Below are positions 1 through 10,356 of a stretch of DNA of 64,000 nucleotides, in pieces. The stretch is from an uncultured virus (IMG/VR IMGVR_UViG_3300029705_000098) (lineage: Duplodnaviria; Heunggongvirae; Uroviricota; Caudoviricetes): IMG/VR virus record IMGVR_UViG_3300029705_000098. One strand, 5' to 3'. The notes under the pieces are model-generated. The model was given only the letters and a program-made list of their open reading frames with translations, did no database searches and had not been told where the DNA came from. Within the stretch, counting starts at the first letter, position 1; each line of letters starts with the position of its first letter. Both the position numbers and the translations under genes were made by a program.

Positions 1-1121
1 TTATAACGTGTTGTTAATTTTCCTACGCTGTTTCTGGCCTGCATCATCATATTTTTATCGTTCAGTGCTTTTCCATATAAGTATTTTTCCTTAGCCTTTC
101 TGATTTCACGTTCATACCTGCGTTGAACCTGTGTACACTCATACAATGTTCTATGCGTTCCATACTCGTCAACATACCCACGCTCGTTATCCTCAAGTAT
201 CTTGCTAAGTTGTTTCTGTGTGTACTGAGGCTCTGCACCCTTTTTTATCTTCATAAAGTAGTGCCTACAATTCCACTGTCCGATATTACGCTCAAACCCT
301 ACGTACTTATTTCCTTCTAAGTCCTCAAAGTCGGCACCAGACTGCATCTTTTCAACTTCAGCGAGCGCAAATTGATGTCCTTGAGCGGGTGCGTGGTCAG
401 GAGCAGGAAAAATATGAGCAGATAGCTCAACTGCATTAGCACCGAATTGTTTTCCCATAATATCCTGCATTTTGTTTATTAGATTTTTAACGCTGTCAAG
501 TACATTAAATCTAATAGCGGAATTTGCGCTTACAGTGTCTTGTACGCTGTCAGATGAGTTATTTATCGAATATCTTACGCCTTGCTCAAATAACTGCATT
601 TCCGTGCGTTTTATCGCTATGTCTTGTAGTTCTTTAGATACTTTATTATAACTAGTTGCTTCAGAAAGAACAGAACGATACGCCTTTTCTAATGTATACG
701 ACTTTACCACAGTAGGATTTTTTAAATCTCGCATAACGATAACTGGGTGCTTTAAAAGTGCAGATAAGTTCTTTTGGGCAGTATTCGTTAAAGTTGCAAC
801 AGCGTTAACCAAAGTTTTATTCATAGCGAGTTCTACTTTTGTCTCGTAGAACTTTAAACTTTCCATATAAATAACAAGAGCAACCCACCAAAAATCGTCT
901 TTAATGGATTTGTACTGAGATTTCAAATAGGAGTCATACAACTTATGTATATAGGAAATGTCCTTCTGTATAATAATTTCCTTATCTAGTGGTGAAAGCG
1001 TATCAAAGTCGGCAAGTTTAGATACTCTTTCCGCAATAACGCTAATCACAGAAAGGCTAAACTCGTCCTGCCGACTTGTATACTCATATAAAATCTTTTC
1101 AATCTGTTCGTCTGTAAGCAT
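1..1121 (-). CDS. Phage minor capsid protein (runs off the window's left edge)
   Basis: Not in the ORF track. Manual translation from the ATG at 1121, which overlaps the portal stop (TAATG), gives MLTDEQIEKILYEY...SAH..PAPDHAPAQG...WNCRH..., open to base 1. Located after the portal gene. Confidence 0.8.
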   Translation of the reverse strand, partial: MLTDEQIEKILYEYTSRQDEFSLSVISVIAERVSKLADFDTLSPLDKEIIIQKDISYIHKLYDSYLKSQYKSIKDDFWWVALVIYMESLKFYETKVELAMNKTLVNAVATLTNTAQKNLSALLKHPVIVMRDLKNPTVVKSYTLEKAYRSVLSEATSYNKVSKELQDIAIKRTEMQLFEQGVRYSINNSSDSVQDTVSANSAIRFNVLDSVKNLINKMQDIMGKQFGANAVELSAHIFPAPDHAPAQGHQFALAEVEKMQSGADFEDLEGNKYVGFERNIGQWNCRHYFMKIKKGAEPQYTQKQLSKILEDNERGYVDEYGTHRTLYECTQVQRRYEREIRKAKEKYLYGKALNDKNMMMQARNSVGKLTTRY

Positions 1122-2875
1122 TAGACACTATATTGATTATCTCCACTCTTAAAGTTGTTTTCCGAATTGTTATCCTTCGGGCTTTCCTTCTTATTACTAT
1201 CAGGTGTTTGTCCCAAAAGTGACATTTCATTAAGATTTTGCTGTACGCTTTCCAAACTCTCTTGTTGGACACGCATAAGGGCCTCTCGTGCCTGACGCTC
1301 TGTTTCTCCAAAGTACCACATACGAGTTTCAAGTTTGCTTGCGAGTCCGTTCTGAATAAGGATTATTCGCTTTGTAAGTTCCGTATCGCTGTCGTTGATA
1401 ATACTATCGTCCCACTCAAAGGACATTTCATACTCTCCGTCTGGAGTAATGTTGTATAAATCACAGTATACATTCATTACATACACGGCATCTTTAAGCA
1501 TATTTTCAATCGCTTGCTGGATATGGGCGTTAGTCTCATAACTTCTGATACGTAACATTCTTAACTCGGTTGCAGTTTTAGCCTCGCTAATAACGTCTGA
1601 CAGCGTTCCACGAGACATTCCTGCACCATCTTCAATACGCATTAAAATACAGTTAAGTCCATTAATCAAAGACTGGTCACGTAATGAAGGAGAAAATACC
1701 TCGTAAGTCTTATCATCATTCAAGTCAATTCTACGATAAAGCCTATCCTGAAGTTGGCTCATTACTGAGTGTCCGTCTTCAGGGTTATTGGGGTCGGTAT
1801 ACCACTTAAGGGCGTTTCTATCAATATCAATAGCGAGTTCACCGCCCTCAAACTCCCAAAGAAGCCTAGAATACTGCCTGTCCGCTTCCTTAATTAATCC
1901 CTTAACCTTATCAAACCCGCTTACTCCTAAAGGAGAGTGTGTGTCAATAGTATTTGCTTCAGGCATCTTAAAATAAGCGAAAAGAAGTCTGTCCACATCT
2001 GAAATTGTAGTTTCTGCGGAAAGCATAGCCCATTCAGGAACTTCAGATAGCGGAATTTCTTCTCCGAGATATTCTAATTTATCCGTTCTTGCAGAAGTTT
2101 TGTATGCCTTGTTTATAACAGTAACCGTGTTACCCTCTAATTTATGATACTCTAAACGACTATACACAAGGTCTTTGTCGTATTTACGCTGGATAAATGC
2201 AGCCTCAGTCATTTTACCGCTTGAACTAAAGGCTAAAGGATAAAACTCATTGGCCTGTATATAGTCAAATTCCATTGCATAGTCGGTATCAAATGTACTG
2301 TTAGGCTCTCCTGTTACAACGTTGGTTTGCTGTGAAGATACCTTTGTTTTCTTCGGAACAGGATACGGCTTTACAATAAGTCCTCCCTTTGCAATACCAT
2401 ACTCAATCTGTACTCTAAGGGCCTCCTTGAGTTTTGCATACTCCTGATTAAGATAGTCCGCTCTCTGCGTAGGTCCTTTGGGTACACTTTCAGGGATAAG
2501 GTGATTTGCAAGCATAGGTTCTGGCTTTCCGTCAGTTCCTATATTATCTGCTTGCATATAGTTAGGGGTAGCGGGCTTAATTTCCTTAATGGGAGTGGTA
2601 ATTTCACTCTCAAATTCAATTAGTGCTGTTCTTGCCTTCTCACTTGCAATCAGTTGAGGAAGCCCGAGAGACACAATACGAGACTTATCTTCATCTGTAG
2701 GCTCTTTTAACCAGGGTGATTTTCCCTCATACATAGCAGTCCACAACTCAATCGCATTTATCATCTCGTTTGAAATCGTGGGTTTAACCTTCAAAACGTC
2801 TTCTATGTTTTGTCTCCCAATCATTTTATTTACAAACCCCCTTATTTTTTCTGTAAATGTTGACCATATACTCAT
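1121..2875 (-). CDS. Portal protein (A118/SPP1-like)
   Basis: 584 aa. PLGVS, EF..G, TATE and WDDS motifs. Downstream of the terminase. Confidence 0.85.
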   Translation of the reverse strand: MSIWSTFTEKIRGFVNKMIGRQNIEDVLKVKPTISNEMINAIELWTAMYEGKSPWLKEPTDEDKSRIVSLGLPQLIASEKARTALIEFESEITTPIKEIKPATPNYMQADNIGTDGKPEPMLANHLIPESVPKGPTQRADYLNQEYAKLKEALRVQIEYGIAKGGLIVKPYPVPKKTKVSSQQTNVVTGEPNSTFDTDYAMEFDYIQANEFYPLAFSSSGKMTEAAFIQRKYDKDLVYSRLEYHKLEGNTVTVINKAYKTSARTDKLEYLGEEIPLSEVPEWAMLSAETTISDVDRLLFAYFKMPEANTIDTHSPLGVSGFDKVKGLIKEADRQYSRLLWEFEGGELAIDIDRNALKWYTDPNNPEDGHSVMSQLQDRLYRRIDLNDDKTYEVFSPSLRDQSLINGLNCILMRIEDGAGMSRGTLSDVISEAKTATELRMLRIRSYETNAHIQQAIENMLKDAVYVMNVYCDLYNITPDGEYEMSFEWDDSIINDSDTELTKRIILIQNGLASKLETRMWYFGETERQAREALMRVQQESLESVQQNLNEMSLLGQTPDSNKKESPKDNNSENNFKSGDNQYSV

Positions 2876-2878
2876 AAG

Positions 2879-3232
2879 TTACCTCTTTTTGTCTTCCTCA
2901 TCATCAAATTTTTCCGTCTTCTTACTTATAGTTATTAAATCATTGCCCTTCGTAAGTGCAACCGAATAATTTTCCCCTATTATTCGTGTACTTGCGCTAC
3001 GAACATTCCCGTATAATCCTGTTCTGGTTAATTCTCCAGCAATTCTGGAGGCCGCTTTTGCAGAATTAAGCTCATCAAAATTAGGATACATATCCTTATA
3101 GTTTAGTATAGCAGTAACTACCGCTTGATACCCAAACGTTTTCGGGTAAATACGAGATGCCCTATCTTTTTTAGTAACATCTTGTCGTTCTTCTTTAGTA
3201 GACAATCCGTAATATCTTGCTTTATTGGCCAT
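2879..3232 (-). CDS. Hypothetical basic protein
   Basis: 117 aa, translationally coupled to the upstream gene. Confidence 0.6.
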   Translation of the reverse strand: MANKARYYGLSTKEERQDVTKKDRASRIYPKTFGYQAVVTAILNYKDMYPNFDELNSAKAASRIAGELTRTGLYGNVRSASTRIIGENYSVALTKGNDLITISKKTEKFDDEEDKKR

Positions 3233-3849
3233 TATTCCTCTCCTTGTTCCCCTTTTGCGTGCTGGTAATGTATGTAATGAACAGGCCCAGGGTAATCGTC
3301 AAAGATATGTCCAAACATTAAAACCTCTTTTGGCTGAAGTCTAGTAAGCATTTCTTTATATCCACGCATATAATTTGTGCGTAACTCTTTATCACGCATA
3401 ATCCCTACGTTGGAAACAGCGACAATTCCTCCTTCAGGTTCTCCATCAAAGCACCAATTATAATCTTCGGGAAGTCCCCACTCAATCGTGGGTATAATAA
3501 TCGCTCCCATTTCTTGCCAATATGCTCCACACCAATGCTTACGATAGTGGTTAAATATCCTAACTGCTTTTGGAAAATCAAGATATGTTGAAAAATCAGG
3601 AGACATTACTGCTCCAAACTCCTTAAACGTTTTAGAATATCTCCAGGGAGCATTCCAAACACGTTCAAATTGATAATCGTCTATATAAAAATGAACTCCA
3701 GTGGTTTCCCGTTGCTTTTTTGTAGTCGATACGAAATTAAACCCTATCCAATCCTTAACATAGAGTTCAGTAACGGGCTTAATTTGAGGGATATGATACT
3801 CACCAACTCCATCAAACGCCATAGTTAGTAAATTCAGATACTCGCTCAT
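3232..3849 (-). CDS. DUF4417 domain protein
   Basis: GVHFYIDDYQFERVW, SPDFS, WNHYRKHW-like, IPTI.W and WCFDG motifs. Confidence 0.8.
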   Translation of the reverse strand: MSEYLNLLTMAFDGVGEYHIPQIKPVTELYVKDWIGFNFVSTTKKQRETTGVHFYIDDYQFERVWNAPWRYSKTFKEFGAVMSPDFSTYLDFPKAVRIFNHYRKHWCGAYWQEMGAIIIPTIEWGLPEDYNWCFDGEPEGGIVAVSNVGIMRDKELRTNYMRGYKEMLTRLQPKEVLMFGHIFDDYPGPVHYIHYQHAKGEQGEE

Positions 3850-3940
3850 AACATAATTCTATAACTTTTGTAGATGAAAGTAAATACCATTGAATTTTTT
3901 ACTGCAACCGCAATAAAAAATTCGGTAGCCTCAAAAAACT

Positions 3941-5200
3941 TTAATTACCTCTGCGATTACAATAGGTTTCCATAGCATATCTAACGGCGTCAATACTGTG
4001 GTTGTCGGCATCAGGGTAGGCGCTAATGAAGTTTCCATCTCTGTCACGTTCATACTCATAGTTTACAAACTCGTAATAAGTCTCGGGGCATCTGTTTTTG
4101 TCGATATAGATATGTCTAAGACCTTGTAGCCACTTAATTCCGTAACGAATACTATCAGGTCCTTTTTTTGCAGGCCTAATAAATGCTCCATATTCTCTAA
4201 AGTCGGCAATGGATTTTTCTTCCGCACTATCTGCTGTTACCAACTCTGCCCTCTTTAGCTTTCTTTCCTCATCATATAAGCGATGGAAAGTATCTTCGTT
4301 ACGTGTTTTATATGTAGTAAACTCATCAAAAATGTACAAGTCAAGTTTTTTGGCGTCAAAGTGCATACGAACAAATCTGAAGGGGTCTTTTGCAAAACCC
4401 CAGTCAATCCCATTGTATATATGGTCGAATGAGCCCACCATTTGTGACATATCAAGGTCACTCGCATTTTCAAAAACATCACCACCTGTGCCGGTAGCAA
4501 CGCCAAGATATTCGTGTTCATACGCTCTAGGGTTTATTGCCTTAAGTTCTTCCGCTTCCTCGTAGAATTGTTCGCCAAGCCATTCTCTGGGAACATCTAA
4601 ATAAGTGTTCCTGACAACTATTGTGTTCATAGAACGCTTATACATCTTCTCGGCATACATATTTGCCCAGTTATTCTTTGAGATAGGTGGATTGAAAGTT
4701 CTAAAGTCCCAGTACAGTTTACCCCCACGCATTGTGGACTGTGTAACTGTACGCAGTTCATTTTCTCCTGCAAACTGGTCCATTTCCTCGAACCAAGTAA
4801 TACCAATATATCCAAACTTAGGCTTAATGGATTTAATCTTCTGAGGTTTATCCAGTCCTAAGAAGTATATTTTCTGCCCAGTGGGTTTGAATACGATAGG
4901 GTTTGAATACGATGCAGGGATATTAAATAAATCCTGCAATCCCAGTTTATAAATTCCCCATTCGATTTGCGCTCTGATTGAGTTTTGAATAGTATTTCCT
5001 ACTTTTCTAAAGCAGGCCGCGTGAACAAGCGGGTTGTTTACGATTAAAAGCGGTATAACTAAACCAACGAAAGAAGATTTACAACTACCTCTTCCTCCAG
5101 GAAATACAAAGTGAGTATAAGAGTGTTCAAGTACGTCCTTAAGCACCTCATCATACATAGGGATAATGCAATCTTGTACGTTTATATTAATTTTAGGCAT
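3941..5200 (-). CDS. terL: Terminase large subunit (PBSX family)
   Basis: Walker A GGRGSCKS, WFEE, FNPP, nuclease motifs GIDWG and NHSIDAVRY. Confidence 0.95.
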   Translation of the reverse strand: MPKININVQDCIIPMYDEVLKDVLEHSYTHFVFPGGRGSCKSSFVGLVIPLLIVNNPLVHAACFRKVGNTIQNSIRAQIEWGIYKLGLQDLFNIPASYSNPIVFKPTGQKIYFLGLDKPQKIKSIKPKFGYIGITWFEEMDQFAGENELRTVTQSTMRGGKLYWDFRTFNPPISKNNWANMYAEKMYKRSMNTIVVRNTYLDVPREWLGEQFYEEAEELKAINPRAYEHEYLGVATGTGGDVFENASDLDMSQMVGSFDHIYNGIDWGFAKDPFRFVRMHFDAKKLDLYIFDEFTTYKTRNEDTFHRLYDEERKLKRAELVTADSAEEKSIADFREYGAFIRPAKKGPDSIRYGIKWLQGLRHIYIDKNRCPETYYEFVNYEYERDRDGNFISAYPDADNHSIDAVRYAMETYCNRRGN

Positions 5201-5589
5201 TAGTTTCCTGGTGTTCTTGAGGGTCTTGTAGCAACAAGATTACAAGATAATCCTTTCGCTTTCGTTCCGTCTGCTTTAATTAACTCCACATTGTCTTTGC
5301 AACTACCAAAATATCCTTCAAACGGTTCGGGTTGATAGGGTAACTGTACCATATGGCTTGCAACAGGCTCGGTAAGTTTCCACCAAAGTCTATCATATTC
5401 CTCTGCATTACGCGGAGTGATGAAATTAAGTGTAAAGTTATAGAATGTTCCTATAACTTCTCTGTGAAGAACACCGTCCTCAGTACGATTGGCAGTTAAG
5501 TCAAGAATATCTCCCTTTCTATCCATAGGAGAAAGGAGCGGTACTTTATACTCTATCCCGTCAATCTGTATGTACTTACTTATCGGCAT
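5200..5589 (-). CDS. Distal-tail (Dit)-like small tail protein, atypically located
   Basis: ILD..ANRTEDGVLHREVIGTFYN...YD.L...L..PV.SH...LPY resembles proteins usually encoded right after the tape measure in Clostridia siphophages. Confidence 0.5.
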   Translation of the reverse strand: MPISKYIQIDGIEYKVPLLSPMDRKGDILDLTANRTEDGVLHREVIGTFYNFTLNFITPRNAEEYDRLWWKLTEPVASHMVQLPYQPEPFEGYFGSCKDNVELIKADGTKAKGLSCNLVATRPSRTPGN

Positions 5590-6109
5590 TTAAGTCGTCC
5601 TCGTCATCATCGCATAAGTCAGGAGATGCTACATAGGGGTCGTTATCTTCTACATCAGGCAAATCGGGGTTAGTAGTATCATTAGACCTTCCCCAGTTAA
5701 GCGTAATCGTAAATTCGTTGTCCTTGCCTTTATTAGCAATTTCCTTTGCGTCAATCTGTCTCTTGGCAAGTTCCTTTGAGGCGTCAAGACGGTCCTTAAG
5801 AGTAGCATCAAGTCCGAATTGGTCTTTTACCTGTCCTCTCATAACTCTTGTTTGAAAGCACATAATTTCCTGTGCGCTTGCGATATGCTCACTCTGGAAG
5901 AGTTCAAATTGTTCGTCTACCTCTTTCTGTATCTTAGGCTTAGTAAGAAGTTTTCTTCCGTACTGCGCGGGAGAATTAGTATTAAACCCTGCTTGTTTAA
6001 CCGCCTTACCTGCATCTCCAAGTTCCAAGTACAGAGTTACGAACTTCTTTTCCCTAATAGACAGCTTATACTCCTGTCCTTTTGTGTTACCGTGTCCTCT
6101 TGTAGCCAT
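5576..6109 (-). CDS. terS: Terminase small subunit
   Basis: HTH region EKKFV..Y......AV..AG and DRL.AS.ELAKR. Upstream of terL. Confidence 0.85.
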   Translation of the reverse strand: MATRGHGNTKGQEYKLSIREKKFVTLYLELGDAGKAVKQAGFNTNSPAQYGRKLLTKPKIQKEVDEQFELFQSEHIASAQEIMCFQTRVMRGQVKDQFGLDATLKDRLDASKELAKRQIDAKEIANKGKDNEFTITLNWGRSNDTTNPDLPDVEDNDPYVASPDLCDDDEDDLNADK

Positions 6110-6111
6110 AA

Positions 6112-6429
6112 TCAGTGCTCCTCATAATATTTTGCCTTAGCCGCTTCCCAAATCTCATTATCGTGCGGGACTTCAAATCCCATAATCTCATAATAATAAT
6201 CTCTTAAAAACAGGGTAATCTGAATTTGAGAACAAGAGGAAAATAGTTCTGACTGAGTAGACTTATTCTTTTCCTCTGATTGAATTTGCTTTTTAACGTG
6301 ATAGCGGGTAACTACTTTATGCTTATCTACGCTATAAAATTGGGAAGTAGTAATAAGAATTAACTCCCCTTTAAAAAGGAGAGCCTGCTGTAACTTCTTA
6401 ATAGTACGAGTTTGACCTGCCGCACCCAT
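6112..6429 (-). CDS. Hypothetical protein
   Basis: 105 aa with an AGGAGG RBS. Confidence 0.6.
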   Translation of the reverse strand: MGAAGQTRTIKKLQQALLFKGELILITTSQFYSVDKHKVVTRYHVKKQIQSEEKNKSTQSELFSSCSQIQITLFLRDYYYEIMGFEVPHDNEIWEAAKAKYYEEH

Positions 6430-6450
6430 TATCGTCTCCTCCTGGAAGAC

Positions 6451-6711
6451 CTACGACTGCGAACCGCTCTCCGTCTGTATGTAACTTTCTGACGGCTTGC
6501 CATTCAAATCACCTACGCCTATCATAGTATTAGCATTTCCCTCTGTATACTGGTCCACTGAATACTCTTCAACGGGCAAACTAATATACCAGAGAAACGC
6601 GCCAATAGTAGCAAACCAAAGAGTTAGAACGACTATAAATGCTATAAACCACCTTCGGCTATTCGATTTAAGTTCGTGCAACATCTCGGTCGCAAGAGTT
6701 TCTTGTTCCAT
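6451..6711 (-). CDS. Small single-pass membrane protein
   Basis: Hydrophobic segment WFIAFIVVLTLWFATIGAFLWY. GAGG RBS. Confidence 0.6.
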   Translation of the reverse strand: MEQETLATEMLHELKSNSRRWFIAFIVVLTLWFATIGAFLWYISLPVEEYSVDQYTEGNANTMIGVGDLNGKPSESYIQTESGSQS

Positions 6712-7120
6712 AATCTATAATTCCTCATATCTGTAATTAAAATATACTGTTAATCCCTCGTCGTTCCTGCTCCGTAGAGACTTACTGGAGACCCTCGATA
6801 CAATGTATCTCTTAATTACATATACAACATAACATATTTTTACCCGATTAGTCAAGAACTTCTGGCTACAAAACTCGTGGACAAATTTGAAAATGATAAT
6901 CATTATCATTTTTACTTTTAATTTTTACGCTTTTACGGGGTGTCTTATGGGCGTTTTTGCCCCCACGCTTTCTCCAATCTCCAGACTACTTTTATATGAC
7001 CCCATACCCATATATTTCAACGATTTCCGTACTTTATCTACAAAGTTCGAGGAGATTGTATGCGTATCATAGTGACTCATGTTACCAAGGTGTGACCAAA
7101 TATGCCCACGTGTCACAATG

Positions 7121-7159
7121 TTTACAATTTATTCACAGATTGTTTACAGGCCGTTCATA
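7121..7159 (+). promoter_or_regulatory. Four 11-bp-period TTHACA-like boxes
   Basis: TTTACA-N5-TTCACA-N5-TTTACA-N5-TTCATA. Confidence 0.6.
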
Positions 7160-7287
7160 GGTCGCTAAGGGATAAGGGTTGACAAACAAATAATAATATG
7201 ATTGTCAAGTCAACCTATTTGTGCAATATGTCAAATATTTAATTGATTGTTTGACATAAAAAAATTATTGAATTGTCAATAAAATAG

Positions 7288-7316
7288 TTGACAAGTCTAC
7301 TGTATGACGTTATAAT
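7288..7316 (+). promoter_or_regulatory. Consensus sigma-A early promoter 1
   Basis: TTGACA-17 nt-TATAAT. Confidence 0.9.
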
Positions 7317-7397
7317 ATAGTCATAAAAGATAAGTAATAAATAACTACTACTTATCAAGTCAAGTCAAAAAAAGTTTGAAAAATTCAAAAAAAGTAC

Positions 7398-7426
7398 TTG
7401 ACAAACACTAAACAAGATGTTATAAT
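7398..7426 (+). promoter_or_regulatory. Consensus sigma-A early promoter 2
   Basis: TTGACA-17 nt-TATAAT with TG at the extended -10 position. Lies 110 bp after promoter 1. Confidence 0.9.
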
Positions 7427-7461
7427 AAAGACATAAAAGATAAGACAAAAACAAAAAGAAA

Positions 7462-7800
7462 GTGAGATTAACAACTATGACAAACACTTATGATTTCAAA
7501 GTCTTTTTCAAAGACAATACTACTAGAGTATATAAGAGTAGTTCATTACAGACACTCTACAAATATTTCCTGTATACCCCGCGACTTGAATTTTCTATAG
7601 ATGATATAGACCATATTGAGTTGGTGCGCCAGTATAAATACTTCTCTTATAAAAGAGGTTGTATGTGTATGTATGAGGTCGATGAGACACTATACAATAA
7701 ACTCGCCAATGAGTATCTCCTTGACAAGTCTAACTTGAGCAAGCACGGTATTACATCCATAGATGCGTATATTAAGTACGTGTTATCCTTTAATCTCTGA
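7462..7800 (+). CDS. First early hypothetical protein
   Basis: ORF directly after the tandem promoters. Confidence 0.55.
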   Translation: MRLTTMTNTYDFKVFFKDNTTRVYKSSSLQTLYKYFLYTPRLEFSIDDIDHIELVRQYKYFSYKRGCMCMYEVDETLYNKLANEYLLDKSNLSKHGITSIDAYIKYVLSFNL

Positions 7801-7864
7801 TATTCCGCGCGTATATGCGCTCGAATATATAAACTACTATTTTGTCATAAAGGAGGATATTACT

Positions 7865-8251
7865 ATGACATTTGAAACATTGGCTAAGTTAGCCGCAAAA
7901 GACACAATTACCTCTACTAATGAGGCTCATCGCACCATCACATTCCGCCGCAAGGGTTTCGGCCATATTGAGGCAACACTGTCCAAGGACGGTACCACGA
8001 TTACGTGTAGGTGCACTCCTAACTTCACCGAGGCTGGACTCGAATATGTCTACAATGAGAAGTCCTATCTGCATCCTGTAAGATTTAAGGCTATGCCTTA
8101 TGGGGAGTTCAGGAAACTCGTAACATTCCTCAACAATACGGAACTTGAGGGGAAGGCCCTTCCTAAGCCTGAACCTACAAGAATCCGCAAGCCGAACATC
8201 GAGGTCGATGAGGCAGAGGAACTTATCCAGGGTACAGTTGCAGGGGAGTAA
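7865..8251 (+). CDS. Early hypothetical protein
   Basis: Start moved to the ATG after AAGGAGG (MTFETLAK...). Confidence 0.65.
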   Translation: MTFETLAKLAAKDTITSTNEAHRTITFRRKGFGHIEATLSKDGTTITCRCTPNFTEAGLEYVYNEKSYLHPVRFKAMPYGEFRKLVTFLNNTELEGKALPKPEPTRIRKPNIEVDEAEELIQGTVAGE

Positions 8252-8313
8252 CCCTCCCCCGCACACCCTAAAAATCCACTTCTATAATTCCTATTAAGTT
8301 AGGGGGAAATTAC

Positions 8314-10141
8314 TATGGCTTATGTATATGACTATGCAAGACTCCTGAAGGAGAATGGTTACAAGTTCTGCCACGAGAATGTCGAAGGATTTGACAAGTG
8401 GTATACGCACGAATACAGGTTTGGGGAAGGCAGGTGATAGTATGTGGGACGAATTAACATACTACGGGGAATGCCGTAATGAAGCCGAGGAAGACTTCTA
8501 CCTCGAACTTTCTGAAAATGCAAACCGCTACTATAACCCCGATTTAGTAGAAGAATGACCGTTATCAGGGTGGTCAAGGGGGAAATCATTGACCACTCGA
8601 ATAACGACCATACTATAAAGGCCGTTAAGAAAGGGGAAGTCTTATATGAAACTTATAGACTGCCTAAATAAAATACTGGACCTATTTGACCAAACATACG
8701 CGTGTGCGGTTGTTAGTACCGCAACGGGGGAAATAATATGTCCTTTAGAAAGTCCACTGAAGATTACCACGCACGTTAATCACCATCTTAATGTGGGTAA
8801 ATGTGTATTTGACTTCGACCGAGAATCCATAATTATATACATCGAATAAAGGGGGAAATTATCTATGACTATCCAGCAACGCGAGAATTTTGCCATTGTT
8901 CCAACCATTTCCGTAATGTGTATGGCGTTTGTATCTGCGTATGACCCTGAGCCAACTATTGAAGTTCGCCACACCCATGTTAAAGGGGAAATACTGTTTA
9001 GGGGAACACGTACCGAAGTGATGAACCACTATATGAACACCGACTGGCTTCTGGCATCTATGGCGCTAAGAGATGGGTATATCGTAATGGCTGCCGCTCT
9101 TCCGAGTGAAGATATTTAAGTTTTAGGGGGAAATGACCTATGTCTATCTATGATTTACTTTATGTAATGGATAATATGAACTTCGATATTATTATCCAGA
9201 ATGATGCCCTGATTGATGAAAAGGGGGAAGGAGTACAGTTTGAAGGGGAAGTTTCCGACTTCAAAATGACTGACCTCTACGATGAAATCCAGGACGAGGA
9301 AGTAACTGACCTGTACACGCTTGCAGATGGAAGAATGTATATCTGCTATAACCAGTAAAGGGGGGGAATCACTATGAAAACCGCTGTACAAAGAAAATGG
9401 ACGGAAGAAACTATCCGCGTTCTTGTGCAAACAAACGATGGAGTATTATATGGTGCTTTAATGCAACTGTATAAGAGGCAGACTTCCGCAGAAAGAAGAG
9501 ATGGAACTACCAGAGTACGCAACGGGGAAGGCTTCAACTCCATAGATGCCAACTTTATGAGTAGCCTTGCCATATACTATATGCGGCACGGATATCTTAC
9601 AGATAACCAGAAGATTGTCGCCAGAAGAAAACTGCAAAAATACACCAAGCAACTTACCAAGATTGCGAATAAAGAAATCTAAGGGGGAAACCACTATGTA
9701 CACCGTAACAAATTTCAAGACCAAGAAAGCACTTAAGGAAGCAGTCACACGTGGAGATTGCGTCAGGGTTTATCAGCCAGGTCCATTCGGGGGAAACGAA
9801 CCGTCAGATGGCTGGGTATGTCTTGAGGGACCGCACTACCCTGAGCCACATAAATGGTATGCTGAGGCGCTATTACAGGGCGGTCACGTAGTTAAGGTAA
9901 AGTAAGAAGGGGGGGGGAACTCATGGAAACACCCGAATTTAGGAAAGCAAAATCAGTAATACTAAGTAACCTGAAAGATGGTTCAGTATCTGTAAAAAGC
10001 AGGAGGACGGGGGAGGACTTTATAATCGCAAGGCAGTATAACTCCTATGATGGCTGGTTTGTGTATAAGGGATGTGACCTTATCGTAGGAGATGTTACGA
10101 TTGACCACGCAATAAGGGTATTGTTGCAGGAAACAAGGTAA
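8314..10141 (+). other. Array of about 8 small early genes (e.g. 8646-8849, 8865-9119, 9140-9358, 9374-9682, 9696-9905, 9923-10141)
   Basis: Tightly packed short ORFs, most preceded by AGGGGG(G)AA-type RBSs. Confidence 0.7.
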
Positions 10142-10157
10142 CTATGTTTTGCGTGTG

Positions 10158-10212
10158 TTTACAGATTATTCACAGGTTATTGAAGATTTATTAAATGTTT
10201 TTATGCTATAAT
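10158..10212 (+). promoter_or_regulatory. Repeat-box promoter (extended -10, no canonical -35)
   Basis: TTTACA-N5-TTCACA-N5-TTGAAG-N5-TTAAAT followed by TGcTATAAT. Confidence 0.7.
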
Positions 10213-10356
10213 ATTAGTATAAATGATATATAAGGAGGAACTAAAATGAGCCCTTTGGATATGTTTTTTATGTTTATTGTTTGTTTTTCAGTATTTAAGA
10301 TTATCCAATTATGGATAGTTTGGGAGTTGAAGGGGGAAAAGGAGGTTAAATAATTT

